Shown: positions 1 through 11,010 of the stretch, one piece after another
Position numbering within the stretch: position 1 is the stretch's first letter
How the letters are laid out: every line of letters starts with the position of its first letter
Assembly (NCBI RefSeq): GCF_001194135.2
Contig: NC_068985.1
Coordinates: 121,436,231-121,469,983, forward strand
Origin: Octopus bimaculoides
Lineage: Eukaryota
Reading direction: 5' to 3'
Length of the DNA stretch: 33,753 bases
Notes under the pieces: generated by a model
The model's input: only the letters and a program-made list of their open reading frames with translations
What the model was told of the DNA's origin: nothing
Databases searched by the model: none
Program-made: the position numbers and the translations under genes

Positions 1-771
1 GTACTCTGTCACTTACTCTAACGACCTCGATTACCTTATCCACCCATTTCTCCGCTAGAAGTATTCCTACGCCCCCGACCCCGTCAGTGTTCCCTGCCCA
101 GAAAATCTTGTACCTGTGTTCTTTGCCTGTGAGGAACCTTGCAGAACCTCCTCTCCATCTTACTTCCTGGATGCAGCACATATCTACGCATCTCCGTTCA
201 AGCATCTCAACAATTTCACCAGATCTACCTTTCAGCGTGCCGACGTTGAGAGGACAAGATATCTCAAGAACCGCTGGATGGATTCTGATGAAACTTTTAA
301 GGATGTTTGGCCTCATGACTGGCACGAACTGATTAGATTTTGGGATTGATCCGGTACTGGACAAGGATTCTGGATTATTTGTTTTACTTACTTTACATGA
401 AGTATGACGATCTTATGGACTTTCAAGTCTTTCTCTGATTATCTCCCTTGTAAGCACGCTCATGGTTTCCACATAAATTTTGGCGGTGTTGCTGTTTCCA
501 AAGTTTGATTTTTGTTTCTCTATTATTAATTTTACTCGCGTCTCTATCTTACTAGAAACTGATGGATTAAAAAATCAAACTAACATAGACAAATGACAGC
601 AAAAATATTCAGAAATCAAATAACACTAACATATTTAGAAACAATAATAAATTTAATTTATCCTCAACAATTTTTAGCTTTAGCAACTTTGAATATGTCG
701 CTCCTGTTTAAAACCTCTTACCTATTTGACAATTGCATTTCTAGCTCTGCCTTGAAGGAAGCTTTACTTCT

Positions 772-1026
772 TCGACTCACATTTTTGTGCACAACAATGT
801 TGTTAAACCTCCGTTAACAGCACCGTATGCCGGTCCTTTCCATTTTCTTTCATACACAGATAAATTTTTCACTATAGACCCTAATGGTCATAAAGACATT
901 ATATCAGTGGATAGACTAAAAAAGGCCTTCATAGAGAAAACTATCCCTATTCCCACTGCAGACACACACATTACAAACACAGCCTGCACACCCACCAACA
1001 TATTCCATGACTACCATTGGGATTGA
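772..1026 (+). mobile_element. Gypsy/Mag-like LTR retrotransposon integrase C-terminal (GPY/F) remnant
   Basis: Translation STHIFVHNNVVKPPLTAPYAGPFHFLSYTDKFFTIDPNGHKDIISVDRLKKAF matches the GPY/F module (P-x-x-x-P-Y-x-G-P-F ... D-x-V/I-S-x-D-R-L-K). It resembles the equivalent region of the LTR element at about 15390-15520. No LTRs or upstream pol are visible. Confidence 0.75.
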
Positions 1027-1532
1027 TCAGATAACAAACAAGGATTTTGGATTATTTTGATGTTTCTTTTTTTACTTAATTTTTGAGAGCAGTTGGGCTC
1101 ATTTTTGGTATTCTCGTTTGTATCAGCAGTCGAGTTTATTTCAGATATTCTCATTTTAAAAATCATCTCCAGCTAATCATTGAGAGGATGTTGGTGTTGC
1201 TTTGGTGGAGGTTTGCACTCTCTGAGTACTCTTGTTATTATTACTATACAAATTCCAATTCTTTCATCTCTAATTTCTTAAACTTTTCTGGCATTTTGCT
1301 CGCCATCTTGTGTTTTAGCATTTTATCTGTCTGCTGTTACTTAAATATACTAGCTAATTTCCCCAGTTCTGGACTCTCAAAAGCTTATTCCTGTTACAAT
1401 TCGTCTATTTCTAGCTAATAACATCATGTAACCTTTTGTTCAGTCTTTCACAAAAGAAAAGACATCACTTGAGAACTTTTCCTCATGTATTTTCAAATTT
1501 TTGGTGCCTCTTCTCATTCTAACTCTTTAGAC

Positions 1533-1715
1533 TCATCATCATCGTTTAATGTCCACTCTCCATGCTGGCATGAGTTGCATGATTTGACATGGAGTTGTCC
1601 TGACTCCAACTGTCTGTTGTAGCATGATTTCAATGGCTGAATGACCTTCTTAATGACTACCACTTAGCAGTGTGTGCTGGGTGCTTTTTACGTGCCACCA
1701 GCACAGGTGCATTGT
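1533..1715 (-). repeat. 3' end/UTR fragment of RTE-type LINE family (same tail as 9340-10256)
   Basis: catcatcatcgtttaatgtccactctccatgctggcatgagttg...gggtgctttttacgtgccacc is the diverged reverse complement of the (GAT)n-tailed 3' end at about 10060-10256 and 26060-26241. Confidence 0.7.
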
Positions 1716-2062
1716 TTTCCATAATGTAAGAGGCATTTGTTTGCACTTTGCATGCAAGTGCTGCTTGCTTTCCATTTTTCCTCCCACTCCAGTGTTTTAC
1801 ATGACATTTAGTATTTCACTGTAAAGTTACTTGGATATAACAACTCTGTAGTTATTATACAAGGACATTTCCTGGCCTTGTACTTAAGAAGTTTACTTTA
1901 CAATCATGAAGTCATAGGTTCAATCCCGCAGTGTAGCCTTTTAAAACAATGTACTTTATCAATGCCTTAAGTTGATCCAAGCCCTCTGACTGAAATTGAA
2001 ACAGGGGAGACTCTGGAAACCCATCAGATGGGTTTAACTGTAATTCACATATACAGCATAGA

Positions 2063-2249
2063 CATGGCTGTGTTGTTAAGAAGCTTGCTTCCCTATCATG
2101 TGGTCTCGCATTCAGTCCTGCTACATGACACCTGGGGCAAGTGTCCTCTACTATAGTCCTATGCTAACCAAAGCCCTGTTAGTAGATATGGTAGATAAAA
2201 ACTAACAAAGCCCATCGTGAGTGTATGTATATACATATATATGCATATA
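2063..2249 (+). repeat. tRNA-like SINE, family 1
   Basis: ggctgtgttgttaagaagcttgcttcc...ttcagtcc...gggcaagtgtcctctactatag...ggtagataaaaactaa followed by a (TA/TG) tail. Homologous to 11817-11967, 24308-24465 and 30926-31076. Confidence 0.75.
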
Positions 2250-2480
2250 CAGGGGTTGAACAAAATAATGGAAACCCCCCTAAAATTTCAAACAAATTTA
2301 TTTTAATATGGGGGTAGGACTGCTTTGGCAGTAATTACAGCTTGAATTCTACAAGGTATGAACTCATACAAAGTTTGAATTGTTTTGAAAGGAATTTTTG
2401 TCCATTCTTGTTTTCCTAAAATGCACCATAAATGTTCAATAATATTGAGATCTGGGGACTGTGGTGGCCAGATAAGATGT
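2250..2480 (-). mobile_element. Tc1-like DNA transposon fragment (one terminus plus transposase C-terminus)
   Basis: Minus-strand 2470-2303 translates to WPPQSPDLNIIEHLWCILGKQ/EWTKIPFKTIQTLYEFIPCRIQAVITAKAVLPPY*, containing the Tc1 WPxxSPDLNxIE motif and the typical C-terminus with an in-frame internal deletion. The terminus TA|CAGGGGTTGAACAAAATAATGGAAAC starts at 2250. Confidence 0.85.
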
Positions 2481-3515
2481 TATTCCAAAAATTCCTATCG
2501 TACCTACAGATATTCCATTTGAATTTTTTAAGATGCTTCGGTTTCCAGTTAAACTAAGTTTTGGTATTTCAATTAACAAATCTCAGGGTTAATCCCTCAA
2601 GGTTGTTGACTGTGGGAAAAGCATGTAGTGCAGAGATTAAGTCTACCTTGCTTGCTCTCGACTTGGAAGCAACAACAATTTATTCATTTCGACACCAATA
2701 AAAAATTACGCAATGAATATTGTTTACCCTGGGGTGCTGCAGGATTGACAGATTTTCAGTTTGAAGGTCTATTATCATTACAATTTCGATATTTTTTAAT
2801 AAAACATAAATGTTTTGAAATAATTATGAGAACAGCAGTAACCCTGGCAACGTTGGGTCATTCAGCTAATGTGTGTGTGTGTGTATATATGTATATATAA
2901 TGCGTTTACATTCCTTTGTCTTGACACTGTGTGATAGTTGTAAATGGGTAGCACTGTCATGGAGGCAGTGACATGTCCAATATTCTGCAAAAACATGTCT
3001 AGCCATGTGGAAATATTACCTTGCTTGAAGGGTTGGCAAAAGGAAGAGCATCTGACCATAGAAAACTTGCCTCAACAAATCCCATCTGAGCCATGTGATC
3101 ATCGAAAATGATGACACAGTCTTGTCACACTGAGGACTACATTAATACTACATGTTTGTAGACTAGTGAGACACTTTTAATGCAATGAGCAGATAGCTTG
3201 GTTGAAGCAAAAAACTGAATACTCTGTCAAAACCAACAAAGATCCATTTACTTACTGTCACTAGTTACACCAAATATTAAAATATTGATTAGTATCTGGT
3301 TGTGATGGTAGGGAATTGACATGCTACGGTTCAGACATGGTTTTTATCACACCTACTTCTGCACTGACAACTTATGAACTGGTTCAGTTTGACAAGCCTA
3401 ATATTCACATTGGAGTTCTTTCATGGGTGTGTTTTTGCATGTATGTATTAAATAATACTTGCCGTTTGCTCTGTAATTTCTATAATTTAATCACTGTTTG
3501 TTCATATTATTACAG

Positions 3516-3656
3516 GCTGCTAATTACTTGGATATCAAGGGACTTCTTGATGTTACCTGTAAAACAGTGGCTAATATGATCAAAGGCAAAGCTCCTGATG
3601 AGATACGCAAAACATTCAACATTAAAAACGATTTCACCCCTGCAGAAGAGGAACAG
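3516..3656 (+). CDS. SKP1: S-phase kinase-associated protein 1, penultimate coding exon (141 nt, phase 0/0)
   Basis: Encodes [47 protein letters not shown]. Flanked by ttacag acceptor (AG 3514-3515) and gtaaca donor (3657). Earlier exons were not found, so they lie upstream of the window. Confidence 0.97.
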
Positions 3657-4318
3657 GTAACAATAGTTTTATCATTTAACACTTTTCTGTCTTGTCTTTT
3701 TCTATAATACAATAACTGATGGGTTTGTGTATCACTAAGACACTGGTTTCAAACTTTGCTCTCAAATATTTCAGTGTGTTGGCTGTTTGTAAACTCGGTA
3801 CAGTGCCATAATAAAGCCTGCTGAGAAAGTAAATATTGTGGTAGTCACCTCACTATAACTACATGATTGTTTCTAATTTAGGGAGAAGGTTAACAATCTT
3901 TGAGGAGAGAGATTTATCATTTACATCAACCTCAATACTTGTACTTTATTTTGTCAAGCCCATTGAGCTGGAATGCAAAGCTGATCTCCAAATATAAAGA
4001 GCTGAATCAGAGTGCTCTAATGATTCTACCAATCTGCCAACTTATCGCAACATAATAAATGCATCAGCAACTTAACAGAGCGTTATTGTCACCTCCATCA
4101 TAAAATCTTGCTCGCTTGCACACACACAGTATCAAAATGCTAATATTATTAGCTACATTTCTGCAACACAGCACTTGAAGTATATTCACTAGTAAACCCA
4201 ATATTTGTCAGACATGACATCTTAGTTGTTTGTACCGAAGTCAAAATATATTTACATATTTTTTTTTTATATGCAAATGAGTCTTCATTTTTTTTTCTTT
4301 TTTTTTTTTTTATTATAG

Positions 4319-4354
4319 GTGCGGAAGGAAAATGAATGGTGTGAAGAAAAATAA
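4319..4354 (+). CDS. SKP1: SKP1 terminal coding exon
   Basis: After a long poly-T tract and tatag acceptor: gtg cgg aag gaa aat gaa tgg tgt gaa gaa aaa taa = VRKENEWCEEK*, the conserved SKP1 C-terminus, in frame with the previous exon. Confidence 0.96.
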   Translation: MRKENEWCEEK

Positions 4355-4608
4355 GTGAAGAAAAAACCTGAATAATAGTTTTAATTTAAATTTTCCATAC
4401 ACATTCACACCCTTTGGTTTTATTTTATTTTTTAATTTATGGACATATCATATGTGTTTTCCTTGTCTTTTGAAACAAAAACAAATTTCTCTCAAGAACT
4501 TTTGTTTCTTTTCCTGCCCCAAGTACTTTCCCCTTATAACTTTTTTTTTTCTTGACTGTCAATTTCTAGTCCCATCTTGGCTATTAGAAATTTAATCTAG
4601 TCTTGTAC

Positions 4609-4614
4609 AATAAA
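4609..4614 (+). terminator. Candidate SKP1 polyadenylation signal (AATAAA)
   Basis: AATAAA about 255 nt after the stop, immediately preceded by TGTA (4604-4607), in a U-rich 3'UTR. Actual use is unverified. Confidence 0.4.
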
Positions 4615-6327
4615 CTATAGGGTAATTTAAGCTTCTATTCATGATGTAAAAAACAAAAAGGAAGAAACCAACCTTTAGGAATCTCTTAGGTTAATGCCAA
4701 GTCTTATTTTATTGTTTGTATCAAAAGACAAGATTTCTGTGCAAAAAAAATCAAAAAAAAAAGGAATTAAGAAAAAAAAAAACTCCCTCAAGACTAAAAG
4801 TTTGTTAGTCACTAACTTATGCCGTCGTTTTGTTTTTGTTTTTTTTCCCCCCCACTTTTAATTTTCTTTCTTATTACTTAGTCAAATAAGGAACGGCAGT
4901 ACATTTTACCTTTAGTTTTCAGGGCCTTAGACTGAAAGGAAAATGTTACTCTCATACTACATGCTACAGTTAGGGCTTTGCTTAAGGCACTCAATATCCA
5001 GGGTGGTACTAAATCAAGCTTGCTACTTGAGAACAAAGATAGCCCATTCAACAAGCTTCTACATATTTTTCTAACAACCGAATTCAATTCACAAAATTTT
5101 TTGTCAAACCAAGGCAATAATTAGAAGGCTCTTTACACAGCGACCCACACATTGGGATTTGGTCTGAAATCATAGTTGCAAAGTAAACTTCTTAACCACA
5201 CAGCTGTACCTCCTCTCTTCACTGCTGTTTCATTATTCTTTGTTTTCTTGTTAGTGTTATTTATTTGATGATAGTTTTTTCTTTATGGACCTACATGATT
5301 ATGATCCTTTTGGCATTAGCAGGACACCAGTTTGCTATCCCTCACCAGCACTACAAAAAAATAAGTGGTTTGGTGGAAGAGTGCTATGTTTGTTTCTTTC
5401 TTTTCAGGTGGGAAGGTAGTGTCCATGTCCCTCTACTGGGCTTCCAAGGCTTCTGGGAGGCCAGAAGATATCCTCCATTCATTTACAAGAAGTCAGGCCA
5501 AAGTGCTTTTAAGCAAATGGACTCCACTAAAGGCATTCATGTTAAACCACACAATGGATTAAGTTTATCACCCAAGTAAGCCATGCCTGGATTTGATCTT
5601 GGAGCATAGTCAGAACGGATGCCTCAAAACATTGATATTCTAATGTCTCCTGCCTAATTGCCACCTGTATGACATTGTTTGATTTAATTGTGGCCTCCCT
5701 AGCAAATACAGTCTGATGCCTCCAGTTCATGCCAATACCAAATCTCTGGCTTTTGCTGGTATACAATATCGGCACTAGCACAGTGGAAATGATGGAGGCC
5801 AAGAATAATAAACAAATGAGCAACTGGCTTAGTAACCCACTTAGCCTCGGTGATGTGACTGACTACTTTCCTTAAAGTTCATTGTGGAAGGGTACAAGTC
5901 TAGAAAAGCAAGGCTCTTGTGTATGCCTGAAGATTCAGAGGTTCAAGGTTGGTTAAGAACTGGTAGAGAATGGAAGGGCTCAGGAGGTGGTGGATGTAGC
6001 AAGGTAGAACCTCAAGTTCAGAGAAATGAGGTACACACAGATCACTAGTCAGGGACTTGACTCAGTGGCAAATGAACAATGTGGGAGAATGCACTTCAAA
6101 GAAATCTCAGCTGGAATTATATAGGACATAGTTCCTTTTAGTCTATTTCATCTTCAGATCTGTCTATGACCTGTCCTCAAATACAAACCTAGTGAAGGGG
6201 AAAAAAATTGGATAACCTTGCATTCCTACTCAACCAAGGCAAACAAACAGAGAAACATCCTGATTTTGTGCAAAGTAGCTCTAGCCCAATGGAGGTACAC
6301 CTGGAGGCGCAATCATTTGGATTGCTT

Positions 6328-6534
6328 TGTCAATATATAATGCTTATCCATTCATACTGTTTTGGATTCATTGTGTATTATCTTGTAGTTTTTAGAGATT
6401 TCAATGATGTGATTGTTTAATTTTAGAATGACCTTGTTGGATAGGTATGAGAGGCTGAACTCGGATGGTTTGAACAAAAAGAAGATAGAATAATTTGGGC
6501 CAGATATGGCCTATTAAAATGCTAAGGGGTGTAA
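6328..6534 (+). repeat. About 210-bp non-coding interspersed repeat (MITE-like), copy 1
   Basis: Collinear homology with 24662-24875 (aatgcttat...gatttcaatgatgtgattg...tttagaatgac...gagaggc...tttgggcc.gatatggc...aaatgctaa). MITE status is inference. Confidence 0.6.
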
Positions 6535-7619
6535 GAGATCTTGCATGCAATTTGTATTGAGAAGGAAAATGACACCACCAGTTCTACAGAGTTAGAGGCA
6601 AAAGAGTGTAGCCAGGAAACCACCTTGCCAATTGAATCTTGGAAGCAGGTTCTACTGGATGAAGCGGATAAGAGTTCAGAGCAAACCTAGAATGAGATTT
6701 CATCCAGTAATCATCAACTTTTGTGAAGTGTTTGGCATTAGTAAGGACATCCAGCGATAGAAATTGAACCAAAAATGAAAAATACAAACAAGTTTGGTCT
6801 GCAAATCCAGTTTTAAGAGCAGTAACACCAAATAAGATCAGACTCAATACTGTGAGGGCCTTTCTAACTCATACCAGCATAAGACAGTGGATGTAAAATG
6901 ATGATGGCAAACTATATGGTATATGTTTAATGTGATGCTACATGGACATTAAATGTAAAGAAAAATGTCATCTTTGTATTTCACAAGGCTCATACTGAAC
7001 TCATTGATTAAATACCCCAATCAATGTTTGAGCATGTCACTCTAACTGCAAAATTTTAAAATCGTGTTAAAAAACAAATATGCTTTATGACAAATTCTAT
7101 TCTCTTGACATATTTTCAGCAAATTGCTTATTCATAACTCCTATATTTGAAGATTTAATTAGCAGAAAAAGTAAAACATAAATGAGCTTTATTGAAAAAC
7201 ATCAGCAAATGCATTTAAGACAAACTAATGCACTGTCAAGCACATTTACCACCAGATGATACATGGTAGATGGTACACATAGTCATAGCAGGAAGAGAAG
7301 TGGGGAGTCAGTTTTAGATGAAGGAACACACTATATCATAATACAGATCTGCACAGAAGCCTATATGTGGTCAATAGCAATCAAATCACCAGTAACTAAC
7401 ACCCTGCCGAGACACATTGGTCAGTGTTGGCAAAGGTGCTGTTGCCTATAAATAGTCGTGGACGGAGTATCTTTACCAACAGGTTTCCTCGATCAGAGCT
7501 ACACCGAACTAGCAGCAATGTTAATGACAATATTCAGTTTCATAATCAGAATTTATTTTCTATTCAGTAATATTTCTAATACTTTAATATTATATGGGTA
7601 TATAAAGGGTTCTTAATGC

Positions 7620-7705
7620 ATCTCTGAAGAACGGAATTACTAATAATAAGATGATCTTTACATCACTTTGTGTTTGTAGTAATATCCGCGAAACGATCGT
7701 AAGAT
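7620..7705 (+). ncRNA. Minimal type-I hammerhead ribozyme (Penelope-type)
   Basis: Stem I ATCT(7620-23)/AGAT(7702-05); core CTGAAGA (7624-30); stem II CGGA-ATTACTA/TAGTAAT-a-TCCG; GAAA (7690-93); stem III C-GATC-G with palindromic loop; cleavage triplet GTA (7699-7701). The only defect is an A.C mismatch at the base of stem II. Confidence 0.8.
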
Positions 7706-8608
7706 ATTTTATTCTTTAAACTTTAGGTTTCTTTATATTTTAGAATTTATAATATTCATGATTATTTACACATAAATTTTTATACGCATATATATTTAAA
7801 CATATATTTATCTATTTTTAGATTTTTATATGTATTAATATTTATATTCCGTATATTTATGTTTTAAACTTTTAAATTTATTATGCTACCATGTTATGTT
7901 GGATGTATATCTTTCAAAATTCATAATATTAAATATTGATTTCCTGAATATATTATTAATGAGTTTATTAATTTATTAATAATATAAAAACACATATATG
8001 CACATATTTATTATAAAAGTAAAGTGTTTTGTCATCAGATTTAATATCTTGCAATTTAGATCTAATATTACTTTTATTACCCTTTTCCACTACTTTTCTG
8101 GTAGCATTTTCAGTTTGATTTAGATCTAGTCATCATCATCATCAGTATGTAAAACAATTGGACAAGTTTTATAGTAGTTACTCAACTTTAATTGACAAAA
8201 TGATTTTATAATTGTTTGGTAACATGCATAACTGTATTTTTCAACATACAAACCAACATAGTGTATTGTGTAAACATGTAGTGTAAGCATTCAAACCGTG
8301 TAAACATTTAAATAACTTTCCAGAGTTTGCTGCATTTCACATGGAATTTTTTACCCTCCAAAGTTGTCTTGATACATAACTCAACCTACCTTCTTTGGAT
8401 GGAAATTTTGGTCAGAAAAATTCAACTTGTAAACAAAAGATACCCTAATATTGTAACAAAGATGAATATGTTCAGATGTGACAAGATGAGGATGAAAAAT
8501 CAAGCATTTACAATTGTTCTATATTGGAGACACTGAGAAGAAGAATAAAAATAACCCTTGCTGACACAGACCACAAATTAGTCAACTCAAATTCTCATGA
8601 TTGTTCAT

Positions 8609-8749
8609 TTAATTGCTGCTATTTTTCTCATGGAGTAGGTCTATGTAAGCACCAGCAATCAAATCAGACTTTTGGATATTGAATTTTTTCATGAAGTCTT
8701 CTGCAATTTTAACACCTTCCAATTTCTCCTGATCTTCTTTCATCATAAC
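8609..8749 (-). CDS. CYTH-domain (CyaB-like) protein, coding exon 4 (terminal)
   Basis: Pyrimidine-rich ctttctcaag acceptor, then VMMKEDQEKLEGVKIAEDFMKKFNIQKSDLIAGAYIDLLHEKNSSN*. The D-L-I-x-G-A-Y-x-D-L-L ending is typical of CyaB-like CYTH proteins. 141 nt, phase 0. Confidence 0.9.
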   Translation of the reverse strand, partial: VMMKEDQEKLEGVKIAEDFMKKFNIQKSDLIAGAYIDLLHEKNSSN

Positions 8750-8850
8750 CTTGAGAAAGAAAAAGAAATTAGAAAAAGTTTTAAATTGCAAAGGGGTTCA
8801 AAATAGAGGTTTATGCAGTTATGGAAGTGTTGCACTCTTGAAATTCTTGC

Positions 8851-9055
8851 TATAACAGAAACATTAGCAAGCCAGGCAAAATGCTTAGCAATATTTGAGC
8901 TGTCTTTACATTCTAAGTTCAAATTCCGCTGTGGTCAACTTTGCCTTTCATCCTTTTGGGGTCAATAAATTAAGTACCAGTTGCATATTGGGGTCGGTGT
9001 AATCGACTGTCCCCCTCTCCCAAAATTCCAAACCTTGTACCTAGAGTAGAAAAGA
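8851..9055 (+). repeat. tRNA-like SINE, family 2 (near full length)
   Basis: agttcaaattccgc (B-box-like)...tttgcctttcatcc...aagtaccagttg...ccttgtacctagagtagaaaag. Reverse-complement homologs lie at 17555-17735 and 20024-20232. Confidence 0.75.
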
Positions 9056-9339
9056 CTGTAAAACATATTCCCAATCACTTCCATGCATATTTTGAGTTAT
9101 GGCAATATTTTCATTATGCTTCTCTAATGGAGGGAATGCCTGTACAAGACAATAGTAGAGCTGGTGTATATTCAGAAAATGATGTTAATATTACTGCAAT
9201 GAAAATGAAGTGACTGGAATGGTAAAGGACAGGACAAATTTTTTAATGTATTCAGTTTCATCTTTCAACCTTTCTGTAATGTATGCCTCTAAAGAGGTGA
9301 CTTTAACTTTGATCCTTCCAGCATTAATAAAGTAAATAA

Positions 9340-10256
9340 CTCTGGTAACAAAGGGTCTCTCGCTCAGAGTGAAAGGTAGACTGTTTGATGAATGTGTGTG
9401 AACAGCCATGCTATACAGCAGTGAAACATGGGCCATGGCTGCTGAGGATATGCATAAGCTAGTATGATCTGCTGCATGTGTAATGTCAGTGTGCATACAG
9501 AGAGTAAGTGCCCTGAGAGAAAAGTTGGACATAAGAAACATCAGATGTGGTGTGCAAGAGTGACAACTGCACTAGTACGGTCATGTGTTGCATATGGATG
9601 AGGACAGCTGTGTGGAAAAGTATCACACACTAAAAGAAGATGGAAGCTATGGAAGAAGTAGACTCAGGAAGACCTGGGATGAGGTGGTGAAACACAACCT
9701 TCGAACGTTGGGCTTCACAGAGGAAATGACAAGCAACCAAGACCTTTGAAGATATGCTGTGCTTGAGAAGTCCCAGCAAACCAAGTGACACCATAACCAT
9801 GGCCTATGCCAGTGTTGCTTAACTATAACATTTAAGAGTACCCTTCAATCATTGGGCAATAAACTGTGCTTGAGAAGACCTGTTGAGTCAAGTAAAATCA
9901 TTGACACAGCCAATCCCAGTACCACCTGACTGCACCCATGCCAGTGGCACATCAAAAACACCATTTGAGCGTGGTCGTTACCAGTGCCACCTGACTGGCT
10001 CCCATGCCAGGTGCACGCAAAAGGCACCACTCGAGTGTGGTTGATGCCAGCACCACCTAATTTGGCCTCCTGCCAGTGGCATGTAATAAGCACCCACTAC
10101 ACTCTCGGAGTGGTTGGTGTTAGGAAGGGCATCCAGCTGTAGAAACCTTGCCAGATCAGATTGGAGCCTGGTGCAGCCTTCTGGCTTGCCAGTCCTCAGT
10201 CAAATCGTCCAACCCATGCCACCATGGAAAGCAGACGTTAAACAATGATGATGATG
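9340..10256 (+). mobile_element. 5'-truncated RTE-clade LINE (RT C-terminus, 3'UTR and (GAT)n tail)
   Basis: Decayed ORF LVTKGLSLRVKGRLFDECV*TAMLYSSETWA...LH*YGHVLHMDEDSCVEK...GRSRLRKTWDEVVKHNLRTLG...EKSQQTK* (ends about 9788) carries the LYxSETW, W/YGHV and GRPRKTW-type motifs. The 3'UTR has three tandem units of about 65 bp (starts 9916, 9981, 10047) and ends in gatgatgatg. Confidence 0.88.
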
Positions 10257-10599
10257 GTTTATTGGGGGTAGATTCAATTGACTGTACTCTTCTGCAAATT
10301 TGAAACTCTATGCCAATGTGAGATGTCACAATTGCTACAGCCACAGCATTGGGTATGAAGAACATATGGATGACATGATGCATAATGCTGTTGGTGCAAC
10401 TACTTCTACTGATGAGGAGGAGGTTACTGCTAATTGTTGAACATATCAGTGCTTTGCCAGCACTTTTATATTGCTGTTTTTCTCTCAGAAAAATTGGATT
10501 TTCATTTTCATTCTTGTTTTTAAAACAGTTTCTTTTCACTTAACCCATTCATTTTTTATTGTCGAGTCTGAAGGAAAAGGCATTGCCTGTGACCTTTAC

Positions 10600-11010
10600 C
10601 AGCCCTCTGAGACAATTGGAATTGATATTATTAATGTCATGTTTATACTGTTGCAGGTTGACACCTGCAAGGAAGGCATGAGCAGAGAAGATTCCAGAGG
10701 GATGATGTCCTGGGAAGAAAGACTGCAGTTCATGGTTAATGCAAATCTGTGGGAGTTGAATGTGTCAAAAGTGACGAGAGATGGGAAGATGAATAAGTTG
10801 AGGGTGGCTGGTTGGTGAAGGTATGAGACTAGCCAAATCCCAAGAAGGGAGGCCTTTATAGTGCTGATTGAGAAAAGATAGCACATCTGTGGACCAGTGT
10901 CTGAGAGTGTTTGAATACCAATTAGTCAAGTGGATCTTCTCCAGAATGTCTCTGACTAGCAGCAGTGCCATTCCAGATGTTGGAGCAGTACTCCATTGTG
11001 TGCTTCACTG
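10600..11010 (-). mobile_element. Degenerate CR1/Jockey-like LINE RT C-terminal remnant
   Basis: Minus-strand frames give TMEYCSNIW and DILEKI...DLASLIPSP, similar to the (L/M)EYCSxIW / DRIQ / ELASLIP segments of CR1/Jockey RT. Frameshifted. Confidence 0.55.

Noticed and set aside
5408-5575. Plus-strand exon-like segment with a good acceptor (ttcttttcag) and donor (gtaagc) downstream of SKP1
   Set aside because: SKP1 already terminates at 4354 and neither open frame resembles a protein I recognise; cannot be supported without RNA data.
9191-9541. 116-aa minus-strand ORF inside the CYTH last intron, a possible extra exon
   Set aside because: Half is the antisense of the RTE RT remnant, and CYTH exons 3 and 4 already join seamlessly (MELE|VMM).
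10156-10886. Cluster of 96-127 aa ORFs on both strands
   Set aside because: They overlap the RTE tail and the CR1/Jockey-like remnant; no coherent protein or exon structure.
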